Shown here piece after piece: positions 38,934-52,767 of a stretch of 64,000 bases of DNA. The position numbers and the translations under genes were made by a program. Source of the DNA: Octopus sinensis (lineage: Eukaryota); assembly GCF_006345805.1 (NCBI RefSeq), contig NC_043008.1, forward strand, positions 17,050,001-17,114,000, written 5' to 3'. The first letter of the stretch is position 1. Each line of letters begins with the position of its first letter. The notes below the pieces were generated by a model. It did not search any database. It saw only the letters and a program-made list of their open reading frames with translations, and was not told the DNA's origin.

Positions 38934-40038
38934 CGAGGGACGTTCAATAAGTAATGCTTCTGACCCACTTGCAGCTGTTTGATCTTATGCACTTATGCAT
39001 ATCTCTATAGAGTACGTGGCAAATTACAGCTCTGAATTAAATGTGGTTTCTGATTTACAGGTGTTTGAACCGAGTCAAGTGTGAAATGGAGCCTGTTGAG
39101 TGTCGAGCAGCGATCCGGTTTTTGTATTTGAAAGGACGCACACCACGGGAGACTTTTGTTGAAATGAAAGTAACTTATGGTGATGATGCCCCATCATATG
39201 ACCTTGTAAAACGCTGGCATCGTGAATTCAAACATGGTCGGAACTCTGTGGAAACAGCTCCCAGATCTGGTCGCCCCTTCTGCCATTGATGAGGCATCTG
39301 TCCGTCAAGTTGAGGCTGCCATTTTGGAAGATCGACGCATAATTATTCGCCAAATAGACCATGAGGTCAAGATTAGTACCGGGTCTGTGGAATCTATCAT
39401 TCATGACCATTTGCATATGCAAAGCCCAGTCAATGCAGTGGAAGCACCGTGACTCACCTTCTCCAAAGAAGGCAAGGGTGCAGCCCTCCGCTGGCAAGGT
39501 CATGCTCACAGTCTTCTGGGACCAGGACGGAGTAGTGATGACAGATTTCCTGGCAAGGGGTACCACAATTGCAGGAGCCTATTATGCTTCACTTTTGAGG
39601 AAATTAAGAGAAGTTATCAAAATCAAGAGGCGGGGCAAGATCAGCAAAGACATCCTCCTCCTGCAGGACAACGCTCCGGTCCACAACTCGCGTGTCGCCA
39701 GATCAGAAGCACAGGCGTATGGCTATGAACTCCTCCCCCATCCCCCTACTTTCCTGACCTTGCACCCTCTGATTTTCGCCTCTTCCCAGTCATGAAGTTG
39801 TTTTTGAAAGGAAAGCGTTCCCCAGATGATGCAGCCTTGATTTCTGATGTCACGTTCAGGTTGGAGGACCAAGCTGGGGTCTTCTACAAAAACGGTCTCC
39901 AGAGCTGCATCAAACAATGGGAGAAATGCGTATCTCTGGGTGGTTCCTATCTAGAAAAAGACTAATAACTGTGCCAAGTTTCGTTGCTCTACTGCTATGG
40001 GAAGTGGGTCAGGGGCATTACTTATTGAACGCCCCTCG
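38934..40038 (+). mobile_element. Internally deleted mariner transposon
   Basis: 37-bp TIRs (38934-38970, 40002-40038; 3 mismatches), TA on both flanks, transposase remnant inside. Confidence 0.95.
39086..39965 (+). pseudogene. Mariner (DD34D-type) transposase pseudogene
   Basis: MEPVECRAAIRFL..PRSGRP HTH region; KVMLTVFWD, LLLQDNAPVH, and frameshifted HPP.Y.PDLAPSDF; WVP motif and first catalytic Asp missing. Confidence 0.93.
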
Positions 40039-41176
40039 TATATCCTCCAACATTGAGGAAGCACCTAATGCTACATAGTCAATGTGCTATTACAATAATC
40101 ATATTACTCAGATTAGAAGAGATTAGAATCATCTTAACGATTTTCGACTTGGAAGTTGCCCTGATAATGATGTATATTTGTTTCCAATAGTAACAAAATG
40201 AATAAACATTTTATTGAAATGTAACCGTTTGTATATTTCTTTAGAAAATCTGCAGCATGTAAGTAACGACAAAATTCTGAAGTACAAAATTTATTGTAAA
40301 AATAATCCAGACTTGAATTTCGTTTCAAGTAATCTCAACTTATCTTGTCGTTGATACTATTCAGGGAGGCGTGAAAGCTACAGAAATTTTTTATCTGTAC
40401 GTCTATGTACCCGACGGATATATAGTAAAAGATACTTTTTTTTTTTTTTTTTTTTGAAAAATGCCATTATGACGAAAGAAAAATAAAAGACACAGCTAAC
40501 GAGGAACAATGAAATATTGGTCTTTGATCACACATCGACAAGCACGAAGAACACAATACCATTCTATTCCTAGAGGGAGTGGAATCTCTCCATACTGTGT
40601 TTGTTGTTGTATCTGTTGCATATATGTCTTCGTTCTTTATCACAATTCATGCTTCACGAAATTATATTTATATTCAAGTACATTGTTTCATACAAAAACA
40701 AAACAAAGCGATTAAAAAGCACGAGCAACAGGGCAGAACTACTAGCAGTAAACATAAGTGATGATGGATGTCATAGAAATGCAACAAATGAACAAATATC
40801 TGCGTAGAATATCTATATGTTTATCTCTCCTGACACTGAGACACACAAGGACGCTGACACACATATCCACAAGGATGTATATATATGTGTGTATATGTGT
40901 GTCTGTGTGTGTGTGTATGTATTATATAGATCGATGAGATAGACTGATTCGCTCGATCTGCTGAAAATAGAGATTCAAAAATACTGACTGGATCCTCAGT
41001 CTATCGTTGTAGAAGATATCAGTTTATGCAATATTAAATTCACGCGTTGTGAAGAAAATATATCAAACGACTCTGGTTAGAACACTTTTGATCAAAAAGG
41101 TGCTTAACGCCGTCTGAAGAACATATGTGTGCGTGTGTATACACATATAGATACATACAAATATACATAGTATGTA

Positions 41177-41208
<32 letters not shown>

Positions 41209-41238
41209 ATATATATAAACATACATATATATATATAT

Positions 41239-41278
<40 letters not shown>

Positions 41279-41551
41279 CATACATATATATATATATATA
41301 CATACATATAATATATATAAACATACATATATATATTATATACATACATATATATATATATTATATTATTATATATATATGTATATATATCAATATATGT
41401 ATATATATAATCACAGCGCACAAACAGGCACACATATATGGAGGACCTCCTCCCCCAAATATATACACACATATTGAGAGTTTTTAAAGTTATTGTTTAT
41501 TAAAATACATTTAATTTCCAAAACAATAGAATTTACAGACATATGTTATTT

Positions 41552-42496
41552 TCATGAACGTCTGTTTTCGAATTGATGATTGCTCTGCTACAGGCTCTGT
41601 TGATAGCGGAAACCAATGGAATCGCAAACATCAAGGAAAATTTCGTTTGGTATTTCTACGCATTCTCGTTCAATGGCTGACTTCCCTTCGTCGGCTGAAG
41701 CCAGTGTTGTACCGTAAAATTTGTATTTTATGTATCTCCATAAAAAGTCTATTAGTGTGAGGTCGGATGAATGCAGAGGTTATTCTACTGAGTCTTTTCG
41801 TCTTATCCACATGTTTGGTAAATTCTTATGATAGTTTGGACGTTTCCTGTTCTGATGTAAATAAAGATTCACAGGTTCAAACGCCTCCTGAATTGTTGGT
41901 ATGACAGATTGCCACAAGATCAAATAATTAGAAACAGTCACAGTATCATCACACAAAAAGGTTCAATTAATTATTTCAATGATAAGCTGCACCATAATGT
42001 AAAGTCTGGGAAATTAACATGTTCTTCTTTCGTAATATGCGAATCCCCAGACCTCCAGCGGGTGCAATTTTGGTGGTTAATTAAGACATTTAATTGAATG
42101 TTAGCCTCACCGCTCCAAACAACCTTTGTTGGAAAATGTGCATTATCTACATATCCTATCATATAGCATTCAGTAAACCTCACTCCTCATTGGGAACTTA
42201 GTCTATACTTGGAAGATTAGCCTTCCGAAGACAAAGCTTCAAAATGCATTGCACACTTGATTTTGAAATTCCTATCTCACGATTAGCGTACTACACTGGT
42301 TTTGTTGAACTCTAGGAATATGTTTCTAGTACCATTTTTTGCCTTGTGGGGTTCTTAGAAGAATGCGGTTTTCAGGGACGTTTCTTGTAGACATCCTGAA
42401 CAATTCCATCTGTTTCAAACGTTTGTCACAAATGATGGTAAGTCGTGTAGGTATGAAAACTTTTCTTTGCTCAAGGCTTAGTTTGATTCCTTTCAT
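41552..42496 (-). pseudogene. Decayed Tc1/mariner-superfamily transposase, rosa/DD41D-like
   Basis: Minus strand VVWSGEANIQLNVLINHQNC, PNMWIRRK.SVE*PLHSSDLTLIDFLWRYIK resemble WSDEA..NG.VN..NC and RWIGR..WPPRSPDLTPLDFFLWGYLK; many stops. Confidence 0.82.
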
Positions 42497-42658
42497 AATT
42501 TCAGATGGGTTGAATTTAGAAAGAAATTAAGGTGTCAGCTGTAAAATTGCGTGATCAGTTTGAGAAATACCTTTTATATAATCATTGTATCTATCTATCT
42601 ATGTATCTATATATTTCTGTGTATCTCTCTTTGTCTCTGTCAGTCTGTCTTCTCTACC

Positions 42659-42698
<40 letters not shown>

Positions 42699-43387
42699 TA
42701 TTATATATATACAATACATATATATATATATCGTATGTATGTATGTATCTATGTGTCTGTCTGTCTGTCTCTTCCCCCCTCTCTCTCTCTCCCTATAATA
42801 TATCTATATATATATTATATATATATATTTATATATACAGAGAGGGAGGGAGGGGACAGACAGACTGACAAACAATCAGAGAGGCGAGTAGGTGAAAAAA
42901 AAAAGAGTTAAACGAATGAGTAAGAAACAGATAGTAGATGTGTAAATGTGAAAATATGTTGTTGGCGTTGCTTTTTATTGTTATTTACTTCCAGATCAAC
43001 TATTTTGATCAAGAAAACACAATTCACGTCATGTATAGCATTGTATATTGAAGTCATTATTATGGTCTCGACAACATAATCCGACACGTCCTTTGTAAGA
43101 GATGAAAGTCTGGTTGCTAACTGTTGCAGATCAAACAACATCATTGGGGCAATTAGACACACACATATATTTCAAATACACACACATACTCACGCACGCA
43201 CATTATCACACCAGTAGGAGTGTGTTTGAGTGCGCGTGTGTGAGTGTGTGCGTGCGTGTGTGTATGCGTAGGGGGTGTGAGTAAACAATTTGTCAAAAAA
43301 TATATATATAATTTAGCATGAATTCTCATCAGTAAAACTCTCGGCATATGATTTACTCTATACGTATTAGATTATTAACTTTGTGAA

Positions 43388-43602
43388 GGTGCGTGGCTTA
43401 GTGGTCAGCGCTTTCGTCTCACGATTGTAAGGCGGTGAGTTCAATTTCCGGTGACGCGTTGAGTCCTGGAGCAAGACACTTTATTTCACGTTGCTCCAGT
43501 CCACTCAGCTGGCAAAATTGAGTTGCACCTTTATTTCAAAGGGCCAACCTTGTCGCACACTTTGTCACGCTGAATCTCCCTGAGAATTACGTTAAGGTAC
43601 AC
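43388..43602 (+). mobile_element. Chimeric SINE: family D head with family C tail
   Basis: GCGTGGCTTAGTGG..GTTGCTCCAGTCCACTCAGCTGGCAAAA then ATTTCAAAGGGCC..GCTGAATCTCCCTGAGAA. Confidence 0.8.
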
Positions 43603-43836
43603 TGCGAATGATGACATTCTGAAACAATATACGGAACTATACAAGGAACAGATACTTTCATATCGTAGTGTCTGGGATCCAGGTCCAGTCAAATGTGGAG
43701 GTATGCACTGTTGCAGCGCCTTGGTGCATTCACCGTTTGTCGATGTATTCTCGATTTCTCCCGGGTGATCCCAAAAACAGAGCCCCAGTCAGTCCTCATC
43801 TCCGCGAGATACATCCTCATTTGCCGTGACGATGTA

Positions 43837-44352
43837 TTGGGCTGTCCGGCTACTTCATGCCGATTTTTAAAAGAAAGAAAACGTCAATAAATACTCGCTA
43901 TTACATTTTTAATCAACCAAATATGAACCATTCTTTTGCACAATGCGTCTCCATCTTTCCTTTAACTCATCAAGGTATCTTTTTACGTCATCCAAGGAAT
44001 TAAATTTTTACCATTAAGACTATTCTGCAGAGACCTGAATAAGTGGAAATCCGAAAGAGCAATATCTGGTGAATATGGAGGGTGGGGTAACATATCCCAG
44101 CCGAGCTGCAGCATTTTTTGTCTGGTTCCCAAAGCATCAAGTGCCGCAAATGAACTTTCTTATCTTCCATTTTAAAGTGTTACAAAATTAACACAGGTTA
44201 TAGGAACATGAACTTTCTTCCACGAAAAGATAGCTTAAACTTTGCTCTAAATGAAGGTGTAGTCAAATCTTATTTTATGAATTTAAACATGTTCTAAAAT
44301 AAGTCGAAAGATAAGCTACTCTAAATCGGCATGAACTTTCCGGACAACCCAA
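43837..44352 (-). mobile_element. 516-bp mariner deletion derivative
   Basis: 29-bp TIRs (4 mismatches), TA flanks; MEDKKVHLRHLMLW fused to LGTRQKMLQLGWDMLPHPPYSPDIALSDFHLFRSLQNSL..LKERWRRIVQKNGSYLVD*. Confidence 0.93.
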
Positions 44353-45154
44353 TAGAATATGGTTGACCAACACGAACCGTCAGCCTAACCGGATTCGCAC
44401 TGACGAGAACATGCAATGCATAGCTAGCTCAGAAATCCGGCATCATGGCCAATCTATTCGAGCTGGAACCCCGAAAATCATAAAAATTAGTAGGGTGATT
44501 CCGGATATCGAACAGGAATAATTTTTAACCATCTTTATGATAACATAAAAATACTTATTCTGTTTTCTGATATAATTTTGATTCCGTTCTGTGTGCATGC
44601 GCTCACCTGTGGTTTACAATGACATTTCAATAAAACATTATTTATATATTTTTTATACCTTTTATTTTTTTTAAATAGATGTTAAATATATTTGAAAATA
44701 GAGATTTTTTTTTTTGCGTTATGCAAATATAAGCTTGAAGACATTTAGAATAATATATATGTTACTGATGACAGGAGCAAATTTTTTTCCCCGGTATTGA
44801 TAAGAATATAATACAATGCATTCGGCTTATCATTTGTGCAAATTTGCGTTTTATCTCACTTTGCATTGTAAACTTTGTGATACCCATATAAACAGAAATT
44901 TCAACCTGAAGCGCACATACGCGTAAAATAACATAAACAAACACGCTCAAAGACATATACATACATATACATGCCCACATTAGTATATATGTACATACAT
45001 ACCTATATGTGACGTCGGAAAAATCATTTTCCCTCTTTCACTCACTCACTCTCTTTCTCTCTCTCTATCTATTTGTTAATCTTTGAACACGCGTGCGCAC
45101 AAAAACATTGATATATTTATACATACATGAAGATATGTGTATACATTTATATAT

Positions 45155-45198
<44 letters not shown>

Positions 45199-45214
45199 TA
45201 TATATATATATATG

Positions 45215-45245
<31 letters not shown>

Positions 45246-46035
45246 CAGTTATATACACAAACACATATAAAGGCTTACATACACGCACGCATATATAGGT
45301 GTGGGCGGGGGGGGCGTGTGTGCGTGTGTGTGTGTGTGTGCGTGCGTGTGTGGGTGTGCGTTTGAGTATGTGTGCGTTTCTGTGTGTGTGTCCCCGCTAT
45401 ATGCAACAGAATTAGTATTAGATTAAAATTGCAGTCTGTGTATCATACTTAATGTAAATGCATTGTAATAGTCAACATTTACTATGATATTGGGCCGGAG
45501 ATGACGTCTTTTACGGCCATACTGTGTTAGATAAAGGAAATATATTTATACTGGACAAAAATTGCCCTGCTTCACCGGTGATATTGCTTCATGTACATTT
45601 CTGCTTCCTTGAGTGTTGTTAATAATATGTGCTCTCTGACAACTCAGTGCTAAGACAAAATATATCCCCACTGATATAGGAGAACAGCGACTAAACAATC
45701 TTGTATTTTAATTAGCTGGCTTCTTGGATGAAAAGTCGTTATATGCAACAGAAGCAGTATTAGATTAAAATAGCCATCTATATATAAATAAACAAAGATT
45801 AGGCGCATTGGGGTTGCTGGGGGATAAAGTGCTTGCTTCCCATACACATGGTTATCGGGTGGCACCTTCGACAAATATATTCTACTATAGCCCCAGGCTG
45901 ACCAATGCATTTCGAGAGGATTTGGTAAACGGAAACTGCAAGAAGTCTGCCGTATATATACAGAAAATTAGTGGTTGCGAAATCACTGGTGCTGCAATAA
46001 GCTGAATGGCTAAATGAAAATTCGTTATACGCAAC

Positions 46036-46134
<99 letters not shown>

Positions 46135-46571
46135 TATAAGTATGCATTTATATATATATATGCGTACGTGTGTCATACAAAAGCAGATACATAACCAACA
46201 GCCAAAATAACTGCAGTATTCGAATGAAGACGTCTTAAAGGCTAACATGTTAACTAGCACAATAGCTTATTTGTAGCGAACAAAATTGTCCAGGACCTTT
46301 TCGAGAAGCTTCCATGAACATTTCAACTATTTCTGAGAATTTCTGAGAACTATCTGCTCACTAGCAATAACCAATCGCGGCATCAGTAATTCTTCTGTTA
46401 GTCTTCTTCTATATATATCATTTTGTCTAAATAATATCTCCAGTGGAATACAGGCCCTAATATATATATTATTCTTTATTGCCTACAAGGGGCTAAACAT
46501 AAAGAGAACAAACAAGGACAGACAAAGAGATTAAGTTGATTACATATATCACACTGCTATGATATATATAC

Positions 46572-46604
<33 letters not shown>

Positions 46605-46759
46605 CATAACAGTTGTCACACACACACATGTATATATACATGAAGCGCTTCTCTCAGTTTCTCTTTATCAAATTCACTCACAAGTCTTTGATCGACCAGG
46701 TGGCATGCAGCGGATCAAAACCATTTGGTTGAGAAAGATACTCCCTGCCACACAGCCAA

Positions 46760-47065
46760 GCCAGCCGGTCGTAGGATGGCGGTTTCGATTCCCAAACGTG
46801 GCATTGTAAGTGTACGGCAGAGGGTGATGACGAACCCTGCTGTATTCTTTCATCACAACTTACACTAATCCTCCGTGTTTCTGCTGTAACTTTTTTTTCC
46901 AAAGAGGCCAACCTTGTCACGCTGGGTGTCCCCGAGAACTACGTTACGGGTACACATGTCTGTGAAGTGCTCAGCCATTTGCACGTTAATTACACGAGTA
47001 GGCTGTTCCGTTGATTGGATCAAATGTTACCCCCGTCGTCGTCATAACTGACGGAATGCCACGAT
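46760..47065 (+). mobile_element. Degraded family C SINE
   Basis: GGTTTCGATTCCC, AACCCTGCTGTA, CCGAGAACTACGTT..CCGTTGATTGGATC..GACGGAATGCC match 15964-16337. Confidence 0.8.
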
Positions 47066-47256
47066 GTTTAAATGTATATACATATATATAGTACTTCTTT
47101 AGTTCTTTTTTTTGCCATATGTGAGTTACAAATATTGTCGTCTTTGGAGACTTATTTTTGTAGTAAAAGGAAATAGTAGTCTTTTGGCTGCTATTTCTAA
47201 AATTTTCGGTATGTGGTTTAAGCAAGTTGTTGCAAAAAACCCTTATTATTATAATT

Positions 47257-47294
<38 letters not shown>

Positions 47295-47466
47295 TATATA
47301 TATCATGTAAATATTATACAAAATGTATAAATGGATGACGTGTAAAGTACTGGCATAATTTCGACTACCTGTTGTTATCTGTAGATTTATTGCAGGAAAG
47401 TGGTAGTGGCGGTTGGGGTAAATGTATTAATAAAATAGTTGGAATGAGTAAAATATTTTATTGGGT

Positions 47467-47506
47467 ATTACACATGTTTCAACTCGTTCTGGGTCTCTTC
47501 GGGTGC
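47467..47506 (-). ncRNA. Decayed hammerhead-like motif (CCGAAGA core)
   Basis: Minus strand CCGAAGA-GACCC AGAAC GAGTT-GAAA-CATGT; stem II imperfect, stem I poorly supported. Confidence 0.35.
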
Positions 47507-47619
47507 ATCAATAAAAAGTCTGACTAGAGATTTTCAGGGTCGGCCTACGTGCCGCTATATGTCCATCAAAATCGAGAGTGAGTAAAAAATTATTGAAACG
47601 CAAAAAATTCAAATATGAA

Positions 47620-47915
47620 CGGGAAAATTATACATGCATGCATGTATATATGTATATATGTATGCATGCATGTATATATGTATGTATGTATGTATGTATG
47701 TTTGTATGCATGTATGTATGTATGTATTCATGCATGTATGTACATATGTATGTATGTATTTATGTACGTATGTTTCTATGTATGTATGTATGCATGTATG
47801 TATGTATTCATGCATGTATGTATATATGTATGTATGTATTTATGTACGTATGTTTCTATGCATGTATGTATGTATGCATGTATGTATGTATGTATGTATG
47901 TATGTATGTATGTAT
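47620..47915. repeat. (ATGT)n-derived repeat with 80-bp higher-order duplication
   Basis: TATGTACGTATGTTTCTATG at 47761 and 47841. Confidence 0.9.
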
Positions 47916-49079
47916 CCCGAAGACACTTCTATCGAGTCCTTTTAAGTGGATATAATCTGTTATATCTTTATATTTTCTTCTCTATATTCTGAAGTTTTCT
48001 TTTATATTCTGTGTTCTTTCTTCACGAAACGTTCATCTATTTTTCTACTGACAGAAAACCTGATTAGAAACCAAAATATTCGTTCTATATCAAATAAGAT
48101 TGCGACATTATGAACATCCAATCGAACTTAGAGTGGCCTGCTTTTTGTGCAGTATCTACCAGGAAACGAATATATTCTTTATCGAACCACGCTGGTTTAA
48201 TGTTATATATTTCTTTTCTCTATTTATTTGTGTTTGTCTACGTTGCGCTTGTTTGTTTAGAAAGGGGTTTTAAATTTGTTCTGATGGAAACGTCAATCGA
48301 ACCACGTGGCGTATTACTAATAGTCAGACATTTACATCGGACAGAACACTCAAAGAAAATATCCATCATCGGAATTGCGTTCCAGCATCCCCTTTCTATG
48401 CCGTGCATGTTTGCTTTCTTAGAGGGTGTGCACAACATTTATGCGTTAGAATCGATCAATAAGTACCCTTGTGTCTTAAGTACATACGAAATGCTTGTTA
48501 ATCGATAAGGCACGAACAGTAAGCTCTAAGCCCCTCCTTCTTCCTATGTAACATATATGAAGCTATACTGCAAAACTTCCTAGGAAATGTGTCTGCCTCT
48601 CGTGGCGCCCTTTATATTGATATGAGCAGATAGTAATAATTGTTTTTATTTAAGATAAGAATTATCTTTGATTTATAAAGTATACAAGAAATTGTGATAG
48701 ATGAATAGACAGAGGAAATGATATTCGTTTGAATATTATTAAGAGGCTGCATGTAGATTTGATGGTAGTTTTTATGTAAATATACATGCATGTATCTAAA
48801 CATACATGCATGTGCACATACATATACAGCACACACATATACAAGTATAAATATATATATCAATATATATATATATATCATACATATGAGCACACGCATA
48901 TATAAATAAATAAATATATCATGTAACATGTTCTACATTCATTCATACCTATATCCATACATACACACATAGGCATTTATACATGCGTAACAGAAGCACA
49001 CACGCACGATATACAAGCGTACATATCATTCTTGTATATATAAGTATTACTGGCATGCGTATATCCGAAAAATATATAA

Positions 49080-49223
49080 TTTTATGCTAATATACATACT
49101 TTCATAGATACATTCATATACTCATAAATACACACACACATCATACTACATACATATATATATATATATAATATATATATTATATATATATATATTATAA
49201 TATATATATACATATGCCTACAG

Positions 49224-49270
<47 letters not shown>

Positions 49271-49276
49271 GCCTAC

Positions 49277-49331
<55 letters not shown>

Positions 49332-49347
49332 ATACATATGCCTACAG

Positions 49348-49378
<31 letters not shown>

Positions 49379-49472
49379 TACACACACACACACACACACA
49401 CATGTATATATATATATATATATATGCACATATACATATATTGACATATTCGTAACATGCATACATACATAC

Positions 49473-49511
<39 letters not shown>

Positions 49512-49976
49512 GCCTACAGAAATAGTGGTATTGCCGAAAATGGATTGCTTAGAAAATAAAATATAACAGTATACTTTGATATACTGAGAGCAACCATTAA
49601 ATCCAATAGCATATTCTGTGGTACGGCCAGAATATCAATAGACAAAATTTCTGAGAAAATATGTAAATAAATGCATTATGCTAATGATGGAAAGGAAATA
49701 GCATGAATTATGACATTCATGGATATAATTCATGTCGGTTATTATATCGATAGTAAATTCTATCTTTCTTTCTATCTATGTATCTATCGCCATCTTTCTT
49801 ATATCTCCCTCCTTCCTTTCTTCTTCTTACAGATTGACTTAGTCTCCTTCTATTTCCTTTATCTTTTCTGGGTTTATATTTATGTGTGCACGAATACATA
49901 TGTACATATATACATGTATACATACATGTATACATGCCGTCTCTATGTGTTTTCTAACATACTTTATATATATGTT

Positions 49977-50032
<56 letters not shown>

Positions 50033-50168
50033 GTGTATGTATATTGTATATATGCATGTATACATGTTAATGTATATATATAATAGGTGTAGAGATACGT
50101 GGAAATACAGGATAAAGATATGCATACTATATATATACATATATTTATCTATCTATATCTATCTATCT

Positions 50169-50219
<51 letters not shown>

Positions 50220-50221
50220 AT

Positions 50222-50281
<60 letters not shown>

Positions 50282-50327
50282 TATATATATGTGTGTGTGT
50301 ATATATATATATGTGTGTGTATGTGTA

Positions 50328-50364
<37 letters not shown>

Positions 50365-50444
50365 AGATAGATAGATATAGATAGATAAATAAGTAGACAG
50401 ATAAATAGATATATAGATAGATAAATAAATAGATAAATCGATAT

Positions 50445-50529
<85 letters not shown>

Positions 50530-50545
50530 CAGACAGATAAGAATA
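49080..50545. repeat. Large compound (TA)n/(AC)n/(GATA)n region
   Basis: Directly visible, with a short unique island near 49520-49900. Confidence 0.9.
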
Positions 50546-51137
50546 TATACAGACACATTCATATATCACAACAGATGGGTGATAATGGCTGTATTCAAGT
50601 TGTCAAGAATGTTTTTATTTACCCAGACTGCACAAAATCTTATAAAACTCAACCGGCACGAATTTAAAATACTTTGGTTTTTCATGTTGTTTAATGATAT
50701 TTAGAAATATAGACATTATATACACCTAAATCTATGCAATTAATTAAGGCATACGATGTGGTTTTTAATAATACTTCATGTAATTAATGAATATATAGGA
50801 TATGGTTTTAAGGAATAACTTATGCATTTATCTAATACTTCCGAGGTAGTTTGAAGTAATATTTTATCCTATCAAATTGCAATCTGTGTATCTTACTTAA
50901 AAACAAGTTATTAGATTTAAAAGAATGGTAGTGTTCATGACATATTTTCCAAGTCTTAGAACCAAGAATATCTTCTGCGACTGGATTTTATCGTTCAAAT
51001 ATCGTAAGGAAATATTTGGAGAATGCCCCGTCGCAGTGCTGCGCAACAGGATTTATATCAATGTTGGCTAGTTGCTAAGCAAGTGACTTAGACCTAATTT
51101 AACCAGTGTATGATAAGGATGCATCAAAAAGCAATCT

Positions 51138-51455
51138 GGAGGCGCAATGGCCCAGTGGTTAGGGCAGGGGACTCGCGGTCGGAGCATCGCGGTTCCGATT
51201 CCCAGACCGGGCGTTGTGTCTGTTTATTGAACGGAAACACCTAAAGCTACACGAGGCTCCGGCAGGGGGTGGTGTAAACCCCTGTTGTACTCTTTCGCCT
51301 CAACTTTCTCTCACTCTTTCTTCCTGTTTCTTGGGTAACGCTGCGATGGACGGCGTCCCGTCCAGCTGGTGGGGACACATACGCCATAGATACCGGGAAA
51401 CCGGGTCCATGAGCCTGCCTAGGCTTGAAAAGGGCGCATAAATAAATAAATAAAA
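51138..51455 (+). mobile_element. Chimeric SINE: family C head with family D tail
   Basis: GCGCAATGGCCCAGTGG..CTTTCTTCCTGTTTC then GCTGCGATGGAC..CCGGGAAACCGGG..AAAAGGGCGCAT. Confidence 0.88.
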
Positions 51456-52404
51456 AGCATTATACTTCGCAACACAATTTGAACCATATGTCTTGAAGAT
51501 AGAAAACTAGGCACAATATATCCCCCATCAAAACGAATATTTCGTGGTGGGCTTTGTTAAATATTTGAACATACTTTAAGCATGTGTTGAAGTTGAAACC
51601 AGAAGCTTAATGCTTCCAAATTTGGTTTCATTATACAGGTTTTCTATACGTTCAATCCTCGAATTTTCTCCTGCAAAGATATGCAATTTTTGTTTGTATT
51701 AGGTATGCATGGTTATATATTTACCCATAAATACATACGCATAAATCCATTCACACATAAATACACACACATACACACAAATACACACACATATACACAC
51801 ACAGACAGGCCTCGCACACACATACACACACATATATACATATATGTATACATGTATCACTACATCTCGCAGCACATACTTAGAAATTTATTTGCGTATT
51901 TGAATTCAATACTGCGCCATAGACAGAAGTTTGTAAGAAAACAATCGATTTTTAGCATAAATTCGGTGTTGTAAAGGTTTAAATTATAAACTATACTAAT
52001 AAATGAAATTATGGCGTATTATCTTTCGTTTTCAATATTCTGCACCACATCCTCACATTTCAAAAGTTTGTGAATATATGTGTGGTGTGTGTGTATACAT
52101 CCATATGTAGAACTGTGTCTGTGTTCGTGTTAGTCTGCTTTTATGTGTGCACCTAACGGAGTCGAATTGGGCATAAAAACAAGCGGAGTGGTATTAAATA
52201 TATTACTGCCTTGTTTATTTGAAAGGATGATTCTATTACACACTAATATATATGTGGATTTGTATACCCATATGCATATTTATGTAGAAACATATATAGA
52301 TATATAAATATATATATATATATATACACAGACACGTGGATGTATATAATGTAATAACATAATATGATATAATACAATATAATATATGTATTTATATATA
52401 TATA

Positions 52405-52441
<37 letters not shown>

Positions 52442-52467
52442 GTACACACACATACACACACACATAT

Positions 52468-52510
<43 letters not shown>

Positions 52511-52767
52511 GAGAGAGAGAGAGCCAAAGAAAATATGAGGGGTTTAGTTCACTGGTGATCTAAAGGAATAGGTACGCTGAGTAAGCGCAATATTTGGTCA
52601 TCCGTCAAGTTCCAAGCTCACAGCTGAGGCTGAGGGTAGGGATCCGTATTAGACTTCCGATTTAGCAGGCAAATATTATATTAGAGGAAAAAGGACAACA
52701 AAAACCAAGCATTTAGAATATTTAGGATAAGGTGAATATGAAGTCTTACAGAAGAAGGAGAATTTCA

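Noticed and set aside
45551-45585. Minus-strand Helitron-like 3' end
   Set aside because: Ends CCAG rather than CTAG, the hairpin is degenerate, and no 5' end was found.
49211-49519. CRISPR-like repeat-spacer pattern
   Set aside because: The repeat is 13 bp, the spacers are (TA)n, the context is eukaryotic, and there are no cas genes.
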